DNA of 64,000 bases, from positions 86,424 to 150,423 of the forward strand of contig CAWHCF010000014.1 in assembly GCA_963827655.1 (NCBI GenBank). The letters are read 5' to 3'. The notes beneath the pieces are model-generated. The model ran no database searches and was not told where the DNA came from. It saw only the letters and a program-made list of their open reading frames with translations. Made by a program: the position numbers and the translations under genes. This DNA comes from an uncultured Acidobacteriota bacterium. GTDB lineage: Bacteria > Acidobacteriota > UBA6911. Below, one piece after another: positions 60,784 to 64,000 of this stretch; the stretch's first letter is position 1, and each line of letters opens with the position of its first letter.

Positions 60784-63700
60784 TCAGAACAACAGCTTCA
60801 GATCAAACTGAATCACGCGCTGGAAGGGAGTCTGCCCCAGCCCGCCGCTGAAGATCGTCTTGTCCAGAAACTGAGACGAGCCCGGATTGGCATAGCCCAG
60901 GAAATTGGCGCTGGTGTTGTTCGGATCGGGAATGGCCCCGCCATTTCCGATCGAGAAGCTGGGATGGTTGAAAGCATTCATCAGCTGGACGCCGAAACGA
61001 AGGCTGCCCCCTTCCCAGAGCGGAGTGTTCTTGAATAAAGCCAGGTTGACGTTGTTGACTCCGGGGGTCGTAACGTTGCCACGCCCCGTCTGGGTCAATC
61101 CGACACCGATCCCGGCGCCTGCTTCTCCCTTGACGAACTGGGCGTTCGGGTTTCGCGCCACGTACCCGACCACGTTCGCGTTCCCGCCGCATGCCGCCGC
61201 GGTGGCAGCAATCGTGGGCGACGTGCCGCTGAAACAGACGAAGTTCGACGCGCTACCCGTGCGCAGCGTCCCGCCCGGATTCTCGAACGCAGGATCGGCG
61301 GCCGTATCGGCGTTGCCGTTCAGGTCGGCAAATGACAGCGTGGAGATGGCCTGTCCCGTCTCGGCGATGTATGACCCGTTGAGCCCCCAACCGCTCAGGA
61401 AGCCCCGGAGAAAAGCTCCTCCTCCGGTATACCTGGGAGCTTCCCACAACCACGACAGAGCGAACTTGTGCTCGTGGTGCAACCCGGAAAGACCCTTTCC
61501 GGCGAATATGTCGTAATGATCGAACGGCCGGCGCGGATTGACCTGGCTCGTGAACAGCTCGTTCTCGATCAAGTCGATGGTTCGGCTCCAGGTATAGTTC
61601 GCGTTGAAGCCGAGTCCTTGCGCAAAGCGCTTCTGAAGCATGATCGAGCCGCCGTGATACCAGGACTGGCCATCAGGCGTGAACTCGGTCAGCGCGCCAT
61701 TGAACCCGTATGGAGCCAGGAGGCGAACGTTGCCGGCATTGAACTGGGCCAGGGTCGGGCGTCCGGCGTAATTTGCCGACAGCGCGTCGCTCTCATTCAA
61801 ATAGATGGGAAGTCGAATGGGATTGGGCGCAGTCGTATTGAGCTGGCGCTGGATCGGGAGATGGATGGCGTGAGTCCCGACGTAGCGTGCCTCGACCAGA
61901 AAGTCACTGAAGATGCTGCGCTGCAGCGACAGGGACCAGGTATAGGTCTCGGGGCTTATATCATCCACGACGAAATTTCCCGACGCGCTTCTCGCGGCCG
62001 CCCGGTTCGTGGAGTTCAGCGGAGAGAGCACCGGAAGCAAGGCGCCTCCCTCCAGAAACCCCGTGTTGGAAAACATGCACCGAGCCCGCGACCGGGTTGC
62101 CGGGATTCGGGCCGGCGAAAGCGCACCAGGCCGGAGCCGGACTCAACAAGCAGGCATTGCTTTCGCGGTTCTCGATCTGCAGCTGGGGAGGCAACTGAAG
62201 CAGGGCCAGATTGCCGAAGAGGAAGTCGTGAGCGACGGCGAACCCGCCTCGCAGCGAAGTCTTGCCGTCTCCGAATACGTCCCACGCCATTCCGAAGCGC
62301 GGAGCCCAGTTGTTCTTGTCCGGCTTCGGGTTCTTGAAGATCACGCTTTCGCCCACGTAACCGATGAGAGCGGACTGATGGAGCGGGGAGAGTGTGTCGA
62401 AGATCTTGACTCCCTGGGCATTGGTCTCGTTCCGGATCGAATCGACGTTGGAGAGCGCGTTCAGTTCCTGCAAATTTGTGTCGCGAGGCACCTCGGTGAA
62501 CTCGTAACGGATGCCTAAATCCATGGTAAGGCGGCGATGAATCTTCCAGGTATCCTGCGCGAAGCCGTAGTACGCGGGGCGGCTTTGCGAGAAGGAACCG
62601 AGTCCCGCACCCCGGATCGCAACGTTAGCGGGAAACAGGTCGCGGACGAAAGCATCCAGGTTCGGCCACTGAAAATCGCCGCGCGCCCGCGGGAGAAAAT
62701 CTCCGGCTGCGATGATGGCCCGTCCCTCGCCGCCGAACTTGAAGGTGTGGGCGCCGCGCATCCAGGTGAAATTGTCAATCACCTGGTAGACATTATTGAA
62801 CGACGTCTGCGGGAAATTGCTTTGCGGACCGATGTTGAGGCTCAGATCCGCCACGGCATAGTTTCCGAAAATGTCGCTCGCCCCGGGCGCTGGAGGTAAA
62901 TCGACCGGAGCGCGTCGAGACCGAACGGTTGTATCCCAGGCGCAGCTCGTTGACGATTTGCGGAGTAGCGGTCCAGACATCGCTGACGGTGACCCGCCGG
63001 GTGTCGAAGCCTCGATTACTGTTGAACTGCGCAATCGGAAGTGAGCCGACAGTCAGGAAGCGTTCCTGGCTGTAATGAACCCGGCCCGTCAAGCGATGCA
63101 TCGCCGTCTGATAGTCGCCGCTGATCAGGAACAAATGGGTTCGATCGAAGTTTGGGGCCGCGGCGGCGAATGCCCCCAGCTCGATGGGAACCTGCTGCCC
63201 GGTTCCCTGGTTAAGGACCGTCGTCGTGCGAGTCGAAAGGGGAGCTACCGGGACGAGACTCTTCAGTATGCCCACATTGATCGGGCTGACCCCGCTCGCC
63301 GCGTTGCTCGCCAGGCTCTCGAGCGCCGACAGACCCGCGCTGGTCGGAACCAGTATGATCGCCGCCGGGGGGGAGGCCAGCGACAGGTTCCGGTATTCAT
63401 AGGAACCAAAGAAGAAAGCCTTGTCCTTCTTGATCGGCCCGCCCAGCTGTCCTCCGAAGCGGTTCCGGTCGTAGCGCGGCTTGTCGCCCCCCTCGGGCGT
63501 GTTCGCCCGGGTAAGGTTGTCGAGCGCGTTGAGATGGCGATTCTGGCTGTACCACCAACCGGTACCGTGAAAATCATTGGTGCCGGACTTCGTGGTCGTG
63601 ATGAACTGCCCGGCCGTCGAGTGACCAAACTCGGCGTTGAACTGATTGGTCAGCAGCGTGAATTCCTCCACCGCTTCCTGGATGACGGGCGTTAAAAATC

Positions 63701-64000
63701 CGGTCACGCTCGGGCTGTTGTTATCGACCCCATCAACCACGAAGTTGTTGTTGCGCGGGCGATTTCCGCCGACCGAACCTCCCATTCCAGTCACTCCGCC
63801 CGACTGGGTCGTAACCCCTGGAGCAAAAACAGCTAGCTGAATGGGGTTCCCGGTCCCGAAGGGATCGTTAAACGGAAGTTCCGATGACTAGCTTCGAATT
63901 AAAACTTACCCCCTCGAGCTGAGATGACGAGGTTTTCACCAGCTCGCCGCCGGCCGTCACCTGGACCGTCTCCGCTACGTTGCCGATTTCGAGAGTCATC
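60784..64000 (-). CDS. TonB-dependent receptor, Oar-like (5' truncated by window; +1 frameshifts near 63882, 62913 and 62077)
   Basis: LEIGNVAETVQVTA, NNFVVDGVDN, TKSGTNDFHG, NRFGGQLGGPI, NNWAPRFG.AW and RVIQFDLKLLF spread across successive frames. Confidence 0.88.

Noticed and set aside
9152-64000. Programmed ribosomal frameshifting at the split genes
   Set aside because: No shared slippery motif and the gene families are unrelated; the pattern fits sequencing error.

Overview
GC-rich bacterial chromosomal window. It is probably from Acidobacteriota: three Oar-type TonB-dependent receptors, a DUF1501/DUF1549-1553 pair, bshC and many secreted hydrolases point that way. It holds about 42 protein genes and no rRNA, tRNA or CRISPR array that I could recognise. 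Nine single-base frameshifts (8 of them +1) in ordinary genes suggest long-read consensus errors. Main observations: (1) an operon encoding a heavy-metal P1B-ATPase fused in frame to an HflK/SPFH domain, then HflC, a second His-rich HflK and a small membrane-anchored protein, a candidate metal-pump/SPFH-cage system; (2) a GAF-GAF-ANTAR regulator near a porin and a PP2C phosphatase gene, where the porin leader carries two tandem ANTAR dual-hairpin/terminator attenuators; (3) an unannotated 155-nt rod-shaped 6S-like ncRNA behind a near-consensus sigma70 promoter; (4) a cytidylate-kinase-like/PD-(D/E)XK-like fusion next to hpt; (5) several dense families of intergenic repeats (heptamer inverted arrays, REP-like palindromes, a MITE) that sit on stop codons, enclose an IS4 fragment and may phase-vary an aminotransferase. 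All family assignments come from motif recognition only; no database searches were run.
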